From an uncultured Chloroflexia bacterium (GTDB taxonomy: Bacteria; Chloroflexota; Limnocylindria; Limnocylindrales; CSP1-4), in NCBI GenBank assembly GCA_963703155.1, contig OY969796.1, forward strand, positions 3,350,151-3,414,150: DNA of 64,000 nucleotides. Direction: 5' to 3'. This document shows positions 1 through 9,010 of the stretch, one piece after another. Below the pieces are notes generated by a model. The model was given only the letters and a program-made list of their open reading frames with translations, was not told where the DNA came from and did no database searches. Every line of letters begins with the position of its first letter. Positions within the stretch are counted from its first letter, which is position 1. A program made the translations under genes and the position numbers.

Positions 1-214
1 GCGTGTCCATGCGCTTCTTGACCTCGACCGCGGAGAGCTCCTGCGCGGTGCCCTCGGTCGTCTCGCGGTCGAGCGCGGCCTTCACCAGGCCGTGGATCAG
101 GCGCTGGGACCCCCAGATCAGGATGAGCGCGATGACGAGGATCAGGACGATCGGCAGGATCACGTCGCGACCGACGTTCCACAGCCAGGCCTGCACATCG
201 GACGGGATCTTCAT
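1..214 (-). CDS. Probable mechanosensitive channel (MscS-family) protein, N-terminal part; runs off the window edge
   Basis: My translation from ATG at 214 reads MKIPSDVQAWLWNVGRDVILPIVLILVIALILIWGSQRLIHGLVKAALDRE...EVKKRMDT. This is a TM helix followed by the KR-x-x-T pattern typical of MscS N-termini. The ORF is absent from the supplied track. Confidence 0.5.
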   Translation of the reverse strand, partial: MKIPSDVQAWLWNVGRDVILPIVLILVIALILIWGSQRLIHGLVKAALDRETTEGTAQELSAVEVKKRMDT

Positions 215-575
215 GTGCGAAATCTAGCGCGGGACCACGGGCCGTCTCAGCGATTCCCGCAGGGACGCTCCCGACAGCGGCTTGCGAGCACCGCGCTGCG
301 GAGCGGCGGCCGGACACCCGAATCGAGGCTCACCGGTCTCGCGGTGGAACGCCCCGCCCGGATCCCGCGCCGAATCGTGCCCAAAGCGGCGTCGCGTGCA
401 ACGAGCCCGCCCCGATCCGGACGGCCGGGCTCGTCATGCGCCCGTTGCGTCTCGATGCGGCTCGCCGGAGCGGGGGGCAGGGCTTCGGGCTCCGAAACGT
501 CGTCGACCGGACGCCTGCGCGCCCGGTCGACGACGGACATGCGTGTGGCTCCGTCCGCGAACGGACGAGCCCGGC

Positions 576-1346
576 TCAGGCTGGGGTGGCGCCGAGGCGA
601 ACGGACACGGCGGCGGCCGCCTCGCGGGCCGCCTGGGCGAGCTCCGGGATCCGGCCCGGCGTGACGCGGTAGGCGGGCCCCCAGACGTCGACGGCTGCGA
701 CGACCTGGCCACGCGCGTCGTGGACGGGCGCCGCGACGCCGTTGAGCGAAGGGTCGAACTCTCCGAACGCGGTCGCGAAGCCGCGCCGGCGAACCCGGGC
801 CAGCTCCTCGAGAAGCGGCTCGAGCTGCGTGATCGTGCGGTCGGTGCACCGGTCAAGGCCGCGCTTGACGATGCGAACCACGTCGCGCTCGGCCATGGAC
901 GACATGAGGACCTTGCCCGCCGCCACCGAGTGGAGCGGCGCGCCGCGGCCGGTCCAGTCGCCGACGGCGACGAGATTCGGGCCATCGGCCTGCGCGACGG
1001 TCATGAACCGGCCCTCCTGCAGGATCCCCAGTCCCGTGGTCTCGCGCGTCGACCGGGCCAGCCGATCGAGCTCCGGCATCGCGATGGAGCGCAGATCGAG
1101 CGTGGACTCCGCCCGCTCGGCGAGGCGGATCACCACAAGTCCCAACCGGTACTTGCCCGACTCCTCGTCCTGCTCCACGAGGCCCCGCTTCTGGAGCGTT
1201 GCCAGCAGCCTGGACGCGGTTGACTTGTGGAGGCCCAGTCGGCGTGCCAGCTCGGTCACGCCTGCCTCGCCACTGCTCTCCCCCAAGGCCAGCAACAGGG
1301 CCGCCGCGCGGTCCACCGACCGGACGGCGTTCCCGTCGAGCGTCAT
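576..1346 (-). CDS. IclR-family transcriptional regulator
   Basis: MTLDGNAVRSVDRAAALL...GVTELARRLGLHKSTASRLLATL HTH, followed by an IclR effector domain (PLHSVAAGKVL, GVAAPVHD). Start placed at ATG 1346 behind a GGAG-containing SD. Confidence 0.93.
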   Translation of the reverse strand: MTLDGNAVRSVDRAAALLLALGESSGEAGVTELARRLGLHKSTASRLLATLQKRGLVEQDEESGKYRLGLVVIRLAERAESTLDLRSIAMPELDRLARSTRETTGLGILQEGRFMTVAQADGPNLVAVGDWTGRGAPLHSVAAGKVLMSSMAERDVVRIVKRGLDRCTDRTITQLEPLLEELARVRRRGFATAFGEFDPSLNGVAAPVHDARGQVVAAVDVWGPAYRVTPGRIPELAQAAREAAAAVSVRLGATPA

Positions 1347-1395
1347 GCGAGCGTCTCCTCCTTGGTGCTCGGGCCACGCAGGCGAAGGCGCGGCG

Positions 1396-2802
1396 TCAGT
1401 GGGACGACGGGTTCTTGCCCCAGGTCGCGTCTTCCTGATGCGGAAGCGCCTGGCGGTGAGCCCGCAGGTCGAGGGCATGGTCGAGAGACTCGCCGAAGAT
1501 CGTGACGACCTTGTCGGCGATGTCACCCTGCGCGTGGGCCTCGCACACGAACCAGGGCTCCCGGCTGTCGGGCTCGGGCATGGCGCCACGGGCGTGCATG
1601 CCCACAGCCACCGCGTCGTAGAGCTCGTGGTCCGTGGTGGCCCAGTCGCGGTACTCGGTCGCCACCTTGTCGGTGAACAGGATCCCGAACATCGCCGGGT
1701 GGCCGGTGAAGTGGAAGGGCAGGCCCTTCGCGTCGATCTTCTCCTTGAGCCCGGCCTGGATCCGAAGGCCGGTGGCCTGGATCGTCTCGAGCGCGTCCGT
1801 GTCGCGGATGATCTGGAGCGTCTTGCGGGCGGCAGCCGCGGCGACGCGGTTGCCCGCGTACGTCCCGCCATGGCTGACCTTGTCGGGCAGGACGCTCATG
1901 ACTTCCTCGCGGCCGCCGAAGGCTGCGGCCGGATAGCCGTTGCCCATCGCCTTGGCGTAGGTGGCCAGGTCCGGCGTGATGCCGAAGTACTCTGCGGCGC
2001 CACCGCGCGCGAAGCGGAAGCCCGTCTTGACCTCGTCGAAGATCAGCAGGATGCCGAACTCCTCGGTGAGGGCCCGCATCGCCTTGTGGAAGCCCGGCTG
2101 GGGCAGGATCCCGGCGGCGTTGCCGAGGACCGGCTCCACGATGACCGCGGCGATCTCGTGTCCCTGCCGTTCGAACAGCGCGCGGAGCCGCTCGATGTTG
2201 TTGTAGCGGGCCGGGATGATCGTGCTGGCGACCTCCGAGGGGATGCCGCGGCCCCACGCCAGGCCGACGGGGTTGTCCTCGTCGCCCAGGTCGGCCATGT
2301 TGTTCGGCGCGACGCTGATCAGCGCGTAGTCGTGGACGCCGTGGTACTGGCCCTCGAACTTCACGATCTTCGTGCGGCCCGTGTAGGCGCGCGCCACGCG
2401 CATGGCGTGCATCGTGGCCTCGGTGCCCGACACCGTCATGCGGGCCTTGCCGACCCACGGGTTGAGCTGCTTGACCAGCTCCATCGCCTCGACCTCGTCC
2501 TCGCTGGTCAGCGAGAACGACACGCCTCGACGCATGCGCTCATTGACGTAGTCGTCCACGCGATCGTCGCCGTGGCCGAGGACCACCGGGCCGTAGCCCA
2601 TGCGCAGGTCGATGTACTCGTTGCCGTCGATGTCCCAGACCCGTCCGCCCTTCCCCCGATCGACGTAGATCGTGTCCTCGCCCCAGGCGCGGAAGTTCGA
2701 GTCGGTACCGCCGGGGAGCGTCTCGCACGCTCGGTGGTACATCTCGAGCTGCCGCGATCGAGCGAGCTTGGGGGTCGGGCGGGTTGTGGGTTCGGCAGTC
2801 AT
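1396..2802 (-). CDS. Class-III PLP aminotransferase (glutamate-1-semialdehyde aminomutase-like)
   Basis: WDIDGNEYIDLRMGYGPVVLGH, FEGQYHG, IFDEVKTGFR, and the PLP lysine in ATYAKAMGNG. Confidence 0.9.
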   Translation of the reverse strand: MTAEPTTRPTPKLARSRQLEMYHRACETLPGGTDSNFRAWGEDTIYVDRGKGGRVWDIDGNEYIDLRMGYGPVVLGHGDDRVDDYVNERMRRGVSFSLTSEDEVEAMELVKQLNPWVGKARMTVSGTEATMHAMRVARAYTGRTKIVKFEGQYHGVHDYALISVAPNNMADLGDEDNPVGLAWGRGIPSEVASTIIPARYNNIERLRALFERQGHEIAAVIVEPVLGNAAGILPQPGFHKAMRALTEEFGILLIFDEVKTGFRFARGGAAEYFGITPDLATYAKAMGNGYPAAAFGGREEVMSVLPDKVSHGGTYAGNRVAAAAARKTLQIIRDTDALETIQATGLRIQAGLKEKIDAKGLPFHFTGHPAMFGILFTDKVATEYRDWATTDHELYDAVAVGMHARGAMPEPDSREPWFVCEAHAQGDIADKVVTIFGESLDHALDLRAHRQALPHQEDATWGKNPSSH

Positions 2803-2903
2803 ACATGCCTCCATGGTGTCGACCCCAAGGGCCGAACGGCCCGCGCCGACGGGGGACGCACACGGCGCTTGGGGTCCCGTCCACGCCCTTTCGCTGTCTG
2901 TCG

Positions 2904-2922
2904 CGTTGCGGGGTGTGCAACG
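2904..2922. promoter_or_regulatory. Palindrome CGTTGC-N7-GCAACG, candidate operator in the divergent promoter region
   Basis: Perfect 6-bp inverted repeat between the divergent aminotransferase and FAD oxidoreductase genes. A second palindrome, ACGAA-T-TTCGT, lies at 2964-2974. Confidence 0.4.
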
Positions 2923-3053
2923 GGTGGCCGTGATCCTGCCACAGCGGCCGGCGGGTCGTCAACACGAATTTCGTCTCCACAGGGCGCCCCTGACACGGAT
3001 ATCGCAGATATTCGCCAAGAATGGCCCGCGATCCGAGGTATCGTGCGCCTGTC

Positions 3054-4457
3054 ATGACAAGCGCCAATCCCCTGCCGGCGGCCCCCGCGGGCGGCTCGTT
3101 CTGGTGGGCGACCGGTGATCCAGGACCGGGCCGGCCGCCGGCTCGTGGCCGCCACGAGGTTGATGTTGCGGTCGTCGGCGGCGGCTTCACCGGGCTCTGG
3201 GCGGCGATCGCGCTGCTCGACACGGACCCCTCGCTGCGCGTTGCGGTCCTGGAGGCGGAGCGCGTGGGCTGGGGGGCGAGCGGCCGCAACGGCGGGTTCT
3301 GCGAGGCGTCGCTGACCCATGGCCTCCCGAACGGACTCCTGCACTTCCCCGACGAGGTCGACAGACTCGAGGCAGAGGGGCGTCGGAACCTCGCCGAGCT
3401 TGTGGCGTTCGTGGCCTCGGAGGGGATCGACGCCGAGCTGGAGGAGACCGGGACGCTGCTCGTGGCCTCGCAGCCCCACGAGGTGGACGGGCTGCGCGCG
3501 TACGCGGAGGCGAGCGCCCGACTCGGGGGGAGCTCGACATTCCTCGACCGCGCCGAGGTTCGGGCGCTCCAGCCCTCGCCGCGCTGGCTGGCCGGCGTGA
3601 GGTCGGGCGCCGACCAATGCGTGATGGTCAACCCGGCCAAGCTCGCGTGGGGCCTGGCGGCCGCTGCCGAGCGCCGCGGTGCCCAGGTGCTCGAGCACAG
3701 CCGCGTCACGGGACTGCGGCGCCGGGCTGGCGGCGTGACGGTGCGGGTGGACGGTGGTGGCGTGGTGGAGGCGGAGCACGTCCTCGTCGCCACGTCTGCA
3801 TATTCGGCGTGGCTCAAACGGCTCGGGCCCGTGTTCGTGCCGGTCTACGACTACGTCGTGATGACCGAGCCGCTCACCCCGGAGCAGCAGGCGTCGATCG
3901 GCTGGGCGGACCGGTTCGGCATGTCGGACAGCGGCAACCAGTTCCACTACTTCCGCCTGTCCGCCGATCACCGGATTCTGTGGGGCGGCTATGACGCCAT
4001 CTACCACCCGGGCAACCGCGTGGTGCCGCAGCACGACCAGCGGCCGGCGACCTTCGAGGTGCTGGAGCGCAACTTCGCGGCCACGTTCCCCCAGCTCGAC
4101 GGGATCCGCTTCACGCATCGATGGGGCGGCGCCATCGACACCACCACCCGGTTCAGCGCGACGTTCGGCGACGTGATGGGCGGTCGCGTCCACTACGCGC
4201 TGGGATATACCGGCCTGGGCGTGGGCGCCTCACGCTGGGCGGCGGGGATCCTCCGGGACAAGGTGCTGCGGCCGGGGTCGGATCTGCTGCGCCTGCGCTT
4301 CGTCCGCTCCGCGCCGCTGCCCATCCCGCCCGAGCCGCTCCGCGCGCCCGTAGTGAACCTGATGCGCGACGCGGTCATGGGCGCCGACGCGCATGACGGC
4401 CAGCGCAGCCTGTTCCTGCGCGCGATGGACGCACTGGGCGTGGGGTTCGACTCCTAG
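3054..4457 (+). CDS. FAD-dependent oxidoreductase, DAO / PuuB-like amine oxidase family
   Basis: VAVVGGGFTGLWAA Rossmann motif, GASGRNGGF, WGGAID and GYTGLGVG. Confidence 0.88.
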   Translation: MTSANPLPAAPAGGSFWWATGDPGPGRPPARGRHEVDVAVVGGGFTGLWAAIALLDTDPSLRVAVLEAERVGWGASGRNGGFCEASLTHGLPNGLLHFPDEVDRLEAEGRRNLAELVAFVASEGIDAELEETGTLLVASQPHEVDGLRAYAEASARLGGSSTFLDRAEVRALQPSPRWLAGVRSGADQCVMVNPAKLAWGLAAAAERRGAQVLEHSRVTGLRRRAGGVTVRVDGGGVVEAEHVLVATSAYSAWLKRLGPVFVPVYDYVVMTEPLTPEQQASIGWADRFGMSDSGNQFHYFRLSADHRILWGGYDAIYHPGNRVVPQHDQRPATFEVLERNFAATFPQLDGIRFTHRWGGAIDTTTRFSATFGDVMGGRVHYALGYTGLGVGASRWAAGILRDKVLRPGSDLLRLRFVRSAPLPIPPEPLRAPVVNLMRDAVMGADAHDGQRSLFLRAMDALGVGFDS

Positions 4458-4581
4458 GGCCGTCCGGGCGGGTGTGGCTCCGAGGCGCGGGCGCCATGAT
4501 GACGGGCGTCCCTTGTCGGCTGGGCGATCCGGGCAGAGACTGATCGCCCTCGGGCGTCGTCCGAACCGGACTGGGAGCTTC

Positions 4582-5787
4582 ATGGTGTTTCGATCCCTTG
4601 TCGCGCTCGCAGCCGCAGTCGCGCTGTCCGCTGGCCCCGCGCCGGTGGCAGCCGAGGCGGGTCTGCCCCCCGCGCTCGCGGATTCGGGCGTGCTGCCGGC
4701 CGCCATCACGCCGCCCATCACCACATCGGCCACCGCGTACCTCGGGCGCCACCTCAGCTGGACCACCTTCGACCAGCTGAGCGGCGACGGCAGCGCCGGT
4801 CCCAGCGAGGCGACAAGGCTCTGGGGCGTGGCGGGCGGCGCGGGGCTGATCGTCGAGACCGGCGCGGACGGCCCGGCCGGGAAGGCGGCCTCGTGGACCT
4901 CGACCGATGGCGGCGCGAGCTGGACCGAGCACCTCATGACGTCCGGCCCCAGCAGCTTCGGGGAGTTGGTGGCGCACGCGGGCGTGTACGTGACCTACCG
5001 GGCGGACGGGCTGTACAGCTCCACGGACGGCGCGTCGTGGTCGCGCGCGGCGACCGGGCCCCACGCGATCGGGTTCATCAAGGTGGCGGCCGGGCCGCGT
5101 GGCTTCGTCGTGTTCGTCCGCAACGGGACGAGCACCACCACCCGCGTCTGGCGCTCGGCAACGGGGAGCAGCTGGACGGCCGATCCCAACCAGGCGGTGG
5201 TGTCGGGGTTCTGCCCCCAGAGCATCGCGGTCACCAGCACGCGCATCGTGGCCTCGGGCGCGGACTGCGCTACCCCGCGCACGCCGAGGGTGCTGGTGAA
5301 CGCGAGCGGGCGGACGTGGGTCCGGGGCACGCCGCCGCGCGGTCTCCGGGTGAGCGGCACGTATGCCCGCGGCACGTCGGTCAGCTATGTGTCGTCGCGG
5401 TTCCTGCTCACGGGCACCAACTCGACACAGACCGGGACCTGGGTCTGGTCGAGCACCAACGGCGTGTCCTGGACACACGTCTCGTCGATGGGCCGCTCAA
5501 GCTGGTGGAGCGCGGACCACATTGTCCGCATCCTGCGGCTCGCGCCCGGATGGGTGGCCGTGGGCGATCGGGACATGCCGGCCGACGACGGGCAGGTGGT
5601 CACCTGGAGCAGCGCGGACCTCGTGCACTGGACGAGGTCCGTGCCGCGATTGGCGTCGAGTTGCGACGTGACCGTCCAGATGGTGCAGGAGGCGACGGTG
5701 GTGGGCGCCCGGATGCTGGCCGTGGGCACGGCATGGGGCATGGCGGAGAGCTGCGGCGAGACCTGGACGGCGACCGTCACGCCCTGA
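4582..5787 (+). CDS. Secreted Asp-box (BNR-like) repeat protein, probable beta-propeller
   Basis: Signal-peptide-like MVFRSLVALAAAVALSAG. Repeated S-x-D/N-G-x-x-W motifs (STDGGASW, STDGASW, SATGSSW, STNGVSW, SADLVHW). Confidence 0.7.
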   Translation: MVFRSLVALAAAVALSAGPAPVAAEAGLPPALADSGVLPAAITPPITTSATAYLGRHLSWTTFDQLSGDGSAGPSEATRLWGVAGGAGLIVETGADGPAGKAASWTSTDGGASWTEHLMTSGPSSFGELVAHAGVYVTYRADGLYSSTDGASWSRAATGPHAIGFIKVAAGPRGFVVFVRNGTSTTTRVWRSATGSSWTADPNQAVVSGFCPQSIAVTSTRIVASGADCATPRTPRVLVNASGRTWVRGTPPRGLRVSGTYARGTSVSYVSSRFLLTGTNSTQTGTWVWSSTNGVSWTHVSSMGRSSWWSADHIVRILRLAPGWVAVGDRDMPADDGQVVTWSSADLVHWTRSVPRLASSCDVTVQMVQEATVVGARMLAVGTAWGMAESCGETWTATVTP

Positions 5788-5897
5788 CGAGCGCGCGACG
5801 CTGGCCGGAGCCCAGGGTACGAGGGACGTCGCGGCACGTGGCATAGACTCGCAGCAGTCGGGGCTCGGGCGGGCCCCATCCGGTCAGGGGGACCCAT

Positions 5898-7148
5898 GTG
5901 ACTCGCATCCGAAGTCGCGCTTCTGTCTGGGCGGCCTGTCTCGCAAGCGCAGCGATCGCCGCCCTCGGCGTGCCCGCCGAGGCTGCAGTCCCCCAGGCCG
6001 CGGCGCCATCGGTCGTCATGGCCGCCGCGACCGCTGCCGGAGACTTCACACCACCCGCGACCAGCGCGACGATGGCCTATGTCAACGGCACGCACCTGCG
6101 CTGGTCCGTCTTCGACCAGCTCGGCGGCGACGGGACGGGCGGCGCGGTCGGGTCGGCTGCGCTGAACGGCGTGGCGGGCGGCTCGATCGGCATCGTCGAG
6201 GTCGGCGCGGACATCGTGTCGCACAGCGCGGCATCGTGGATCTCGACCGACGGCGGCGTCTCGTGGACCGAGCACGTCGTGGCTGGTCCGGCGGTGTTCC
6301 ACGGCGTGGCCGGTCACGGGGGCGTCTTCGTCGCGCTGGGCTCGAACGGCCTCTACAGCTCAACCGATGGCGTCGCATGGACGAGGGCACCCACCGGCCC
6401 GCATGCACCGCGGATCGACGCCATGTCAGCGTCCATCACGTCCGGGCCACAGGGCTTCGTGCTGTTCGTCCGCAACGGCACCAGCACCACGACGCGCGTG
6501 TGGCGCTCGACGACGGGCGCGCCGGGCTCCTGGACCGCGGCGCCCTACCAGGCCGCGGTGGCAGGCTTCTGTGCGACGAGCGTCGCGATGTCGTCGACGC
6601 GCATGGTCGCTGTCGGTGCCGACTGCGCTCATCCGTCCGTGGCGCGCGTCCTGACGTCGACGAGGGGCGTGGCCTGGAGGCGGGACGTCCTGCCGAGCGG
6701 GCTTCGGGTCACGGGTGACATGACGACCAAGCCGTCCGTGAGCTACGTCGGCAGCCGGTTCCTGATCACCGGCTCCAATACGGCCATGACATCGACCTGG
6801 GTCTGGACCAGCTCTGACGGGATCGTGTGGCGCCACATCAGCTCGTTGGGCCGGGCGAGCTTCTCGTGGATTGACCGCATCGTCAGGGTTGTGCGATTGG
6901 GCAGCGGCTGGACCGGCTTCGGGGAGCGCTACTCGGTCGACGCCGTGTCTCTCACCGCGGTCGTGTGGCGGTCGACGGACCTCGTCCACTGGTCGCGATA
7001 CGAGCTCGCCATCGAGCCCGCGCACCCGGAGATGGCCCAGTTCGTCGGCGGCGTCACTGCCAGCGGCGGGCGCCTCGTCGCGGTGGGCAACGCGACGAGC
7101 GACGCAGACTCCACCGCCCAGACCTGGATCGCCCAGGTCGTGCCCTGA
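5898..7148 (+). CDS. Secreted Asp-box (BNR-like) repeat protein, tandem paralogue of 4582-5787
   Basis: Signal peptide and the same repeat pattern (STDGGVSW, STDGVAW, SSDGIVW, STDLVHW). Shares FDQLxGDG and FVRNGTSTTTRVWRS with the upstream gene. Confidence 0.72.
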   Translation: MTRIRSRASVWAACLASAAIAALGVPAEAAVPQAAAPSVVMAAATAAGDFTPPATSATMAYVNGTHLRWSVFDQLGGDGTGGAVGSAALNGVAGGSIGIVEVGADIVSHSAASWISTDGGVSWTEHVVAGPAVFHGVAGHGGVFVALGSNGLYSSTDGVAWTRAPTGPHAPRIDAMSASITSGPQGFVLFVRNGTSTTTRVWRSTTGAPGSWTAAPYQAAVAGFCATSVAMSSTRMVAVGADCAHPSVARVLTSTRGVAWRRDVLPSGLRVTGDMTTKPSVSYVGSRFLITGSNTAMTSTWVWTSSDGIVWRHISSLGRASFSWIDRIVRVVRLGSGWTGFGERYSVDAVSLTAVVWRSTDLVHWSRYELAIEPAHPEMAQFVGGVTASGGRLVAVGNATSDADSTAQTWIAQVVP

Positions 7149-7173
7149 GCCCAGGCCTGGCGAATCAGCCGGA

Positions 7174-8850
7174 TCAGCCCGGCTTCGGCGCGACCCACCC
7201 GGGCAGCTCCGCCGCAAGCGTCGCGAGCGGCAGCGATCCGTGCCCGATCACCGCGTCGTGGAAGGCGCGGAGGTCGAACCGGCTCCCGTCCCGGGCCTCG
7301 AGCTCGCGGCGCAGTCGACGGATCTCGCGCATCCCGGTCATGTAGCACAGCGCCTGCCCGGGCCAGCAGATGTAGCGGTCGGTCTCGATGAGCGCGTCCG
7401 TGTCGGACAGGCCCGTCCGCAGAAGCCAGTCGATCGACTGCTGGCGCGTCCAGCCCAGGCCGTGCATCCCGGAGTCCACGATCAGCCGCGACGCCCGCCA
7501 CGCCTGCGCGTCGAGCATGCCCATCCGCTCGCCCGCATCGCGGTACAGCCCCAGCTCGTCGGCGAGGCGCTCCGCGTACAGGCCCCAGCCCTCGACGTAG
7601 GCACCGCCCACGATGCGCGCGCCCAGCCGCCGGAAGGCGTTGAGGCTCGGGTGCTCCATCTCGAGCGCAATCTGGAAGTGGTGCCCCGGGACGGCCTCGT
7701 GGAACGTCGTGGACGCGAGCTTCGAGAACGTGCGGCTCGGCAGGTCGTAGGTGTTGACGTAGTAGATGCCGTCGCGCGAACCGTCCGTGGAGGGCGGGAA
7801 GTAGTAGGCGAAGGCGACGTCCTTCTCCTTGAACTCCTCGACCGGGCGGACCTCGCAGGACGCCGCCGGGAGCCGGCCGAACATCGTCGGCGCGACGGCC
7901 ATCGCCCGGCCGATGTCCTCGGTGGCGCGGGCGACCAGCTCCTCCCGCGTGGCGGCCCGGTTGACCGGGTCCGCGGCAAGGGCGGCGCGGTAGCCGGCCA
8001 CGTCGTCGCCGAAACCCTCCGCCCGGGCGATCTCGAGGCGCTCCGCGTCGATGGCGGCCAGCTCGTCAAGCCCGATCTGGTGGACGTCGCGCGGGTGGAG
8101 GTCGAGCGTGGTCCATGCGCGGATGGCATGCTGGTAGAGCGCCTCCCCATTGGGCGCCGACGTCAGGCCCGGCACCTCGCGCGAGGCCTCGAGATACGCG
8201 CCCGAGAGCGCCGCGAGGTAGCGGCGGTCGGCGGGGTACACGACATCGCGGACGACGTCGCGGACCTTCTCGCGATCGGCCTCCGACGCCACCTGCGCCA
8301 TGGACGGGACGATGGCCTGTTCGATCGGCATCGAGAGCAGCCGGTTCAGCTGGTCGATGGTCCGCTCGACGACGATCCGCGCCGCCGTGCGGCCGGACGC
8401 CCGCCCCTCGTCGAGGATCCTGATGTAGGCGTCCATGAAGCCGCCGTATGCCTCGAGGCGGGCGAGGAACTTCTCGAGCCGCTCGGGGGTGTTGGCGGGC
8501 TGGAACTGCGCGGTCTGGGCCAGGACCGTCTGGGGGCCCTGCATGTGGTCCACCGCGGCGAGCTCGTGGAAGCCCAGCGCGGCCTCGCGCTCGGCCAGCT
8601 CGGCGACGATCCGCAGCATGTCGCGCGTGATCCGGTCCTCGACGCCCAGGCCCTCGGCCGGAATCGCCAGTGCCTCGTCGGCCGCCCTGCGCGCGATTGC
8701 GATGCGCGCCGCCCGGCCCTCCGGTCCCGGATCGTCGAGGCGGTCGTCGAAGCGGTCGTCGCCGTACATCGTGGCCGTCAGCGGGCTGAGGCGGAGGTAG
8801 GACTCCCAGAAGCGGGCGGCGATCTCGTCGATGGCGGTGGGCTCGGTCAC
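7174..8850 (-). CDS. DUF885-family protein (putative metallopeptidase fold)
   Basis: SPLTATMYGDDRFDDRL N-terminus, FHEAVPGHHFQ, YVEGWGLYAE, WRASRLIVDSGMH and PGQALCY motifs. GTG start at 8850. Confidence 0.9.
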   Translation of the reverse strand: MTEPTAIDEIAARFWESYLRLSPLTATMYGDDRFDDRLDDPGPEGRAARIAIARRAADEALAIPAEGLGVEDRITRDMLRIVAELAEREAALGFHELAAVDHMQGPQTVLAQTAQFQPANTPERLEKFLARLEAYGGFMDAYIRILDEGRASGRTAARIVVERTIDQLNRLLSMPIEQAIVPSMAQVASEADREKVRDVVRDVVYPADRRYLAALSGAYLEASREVPGLTSAPNGEALYQHAIRAWTTLDLHPRDVHQIGLDELAAIDAERLEIARAEGFGDDVAGYRAALAADPVNRAATREELVARATEDIGRAMAVAPTMFGRLPAASCEVRPVEEFKEKDVAFAYYFPPSTDGSRDGIYYVNTYDLPSRTFSKLASTTFHEAVPGHHFQIALEMEHPSLNAFRRLGARIVGGAYVEGWGLYAERLADELGLYRDAGERMGMLDAQAWRASRLIVDSGMHGLGWTRQQSIDWLLRTGLSDTDALIETDRYICWPGQALCYMTGMREIRRLRRELEARDGSRFDLRAFHDAVIGHGSLPLATLAAELPGWVAPKPG

Positions 8851-9010
8851 AGTCGGGCACCCTGCGCTGCGGTCGATGGACGAGGACGCTCCGAAGGACG
8901 GGCGTCGAATTGCCGCTAGCGTACGGGGCGGGCGCGGAATGCGCGACCGGCCGCGGTGGAGGCGCCCGGACGTCCCTGGGCCGAGGGCGAGTCTCGGCGC
9001 GCCTGCACCG

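Noticed and set aside
247-540. Small ORF between IclR and the MscS-like gene
   Set aside because: It is low-complexity with no motif or clear SD, so I cannot support it as a gene.
742-3057. Long antisense or alternate-frame ORFs such as 742-3057, 6871-8919, 13755-15926, 24825-27053 and 50013-52442
   Set aside because: They are Arg/Pro/Ala-rich with no motifs and overlap well-supported genes. Such ORFs are expected from stop-codon scarcity at high GC.
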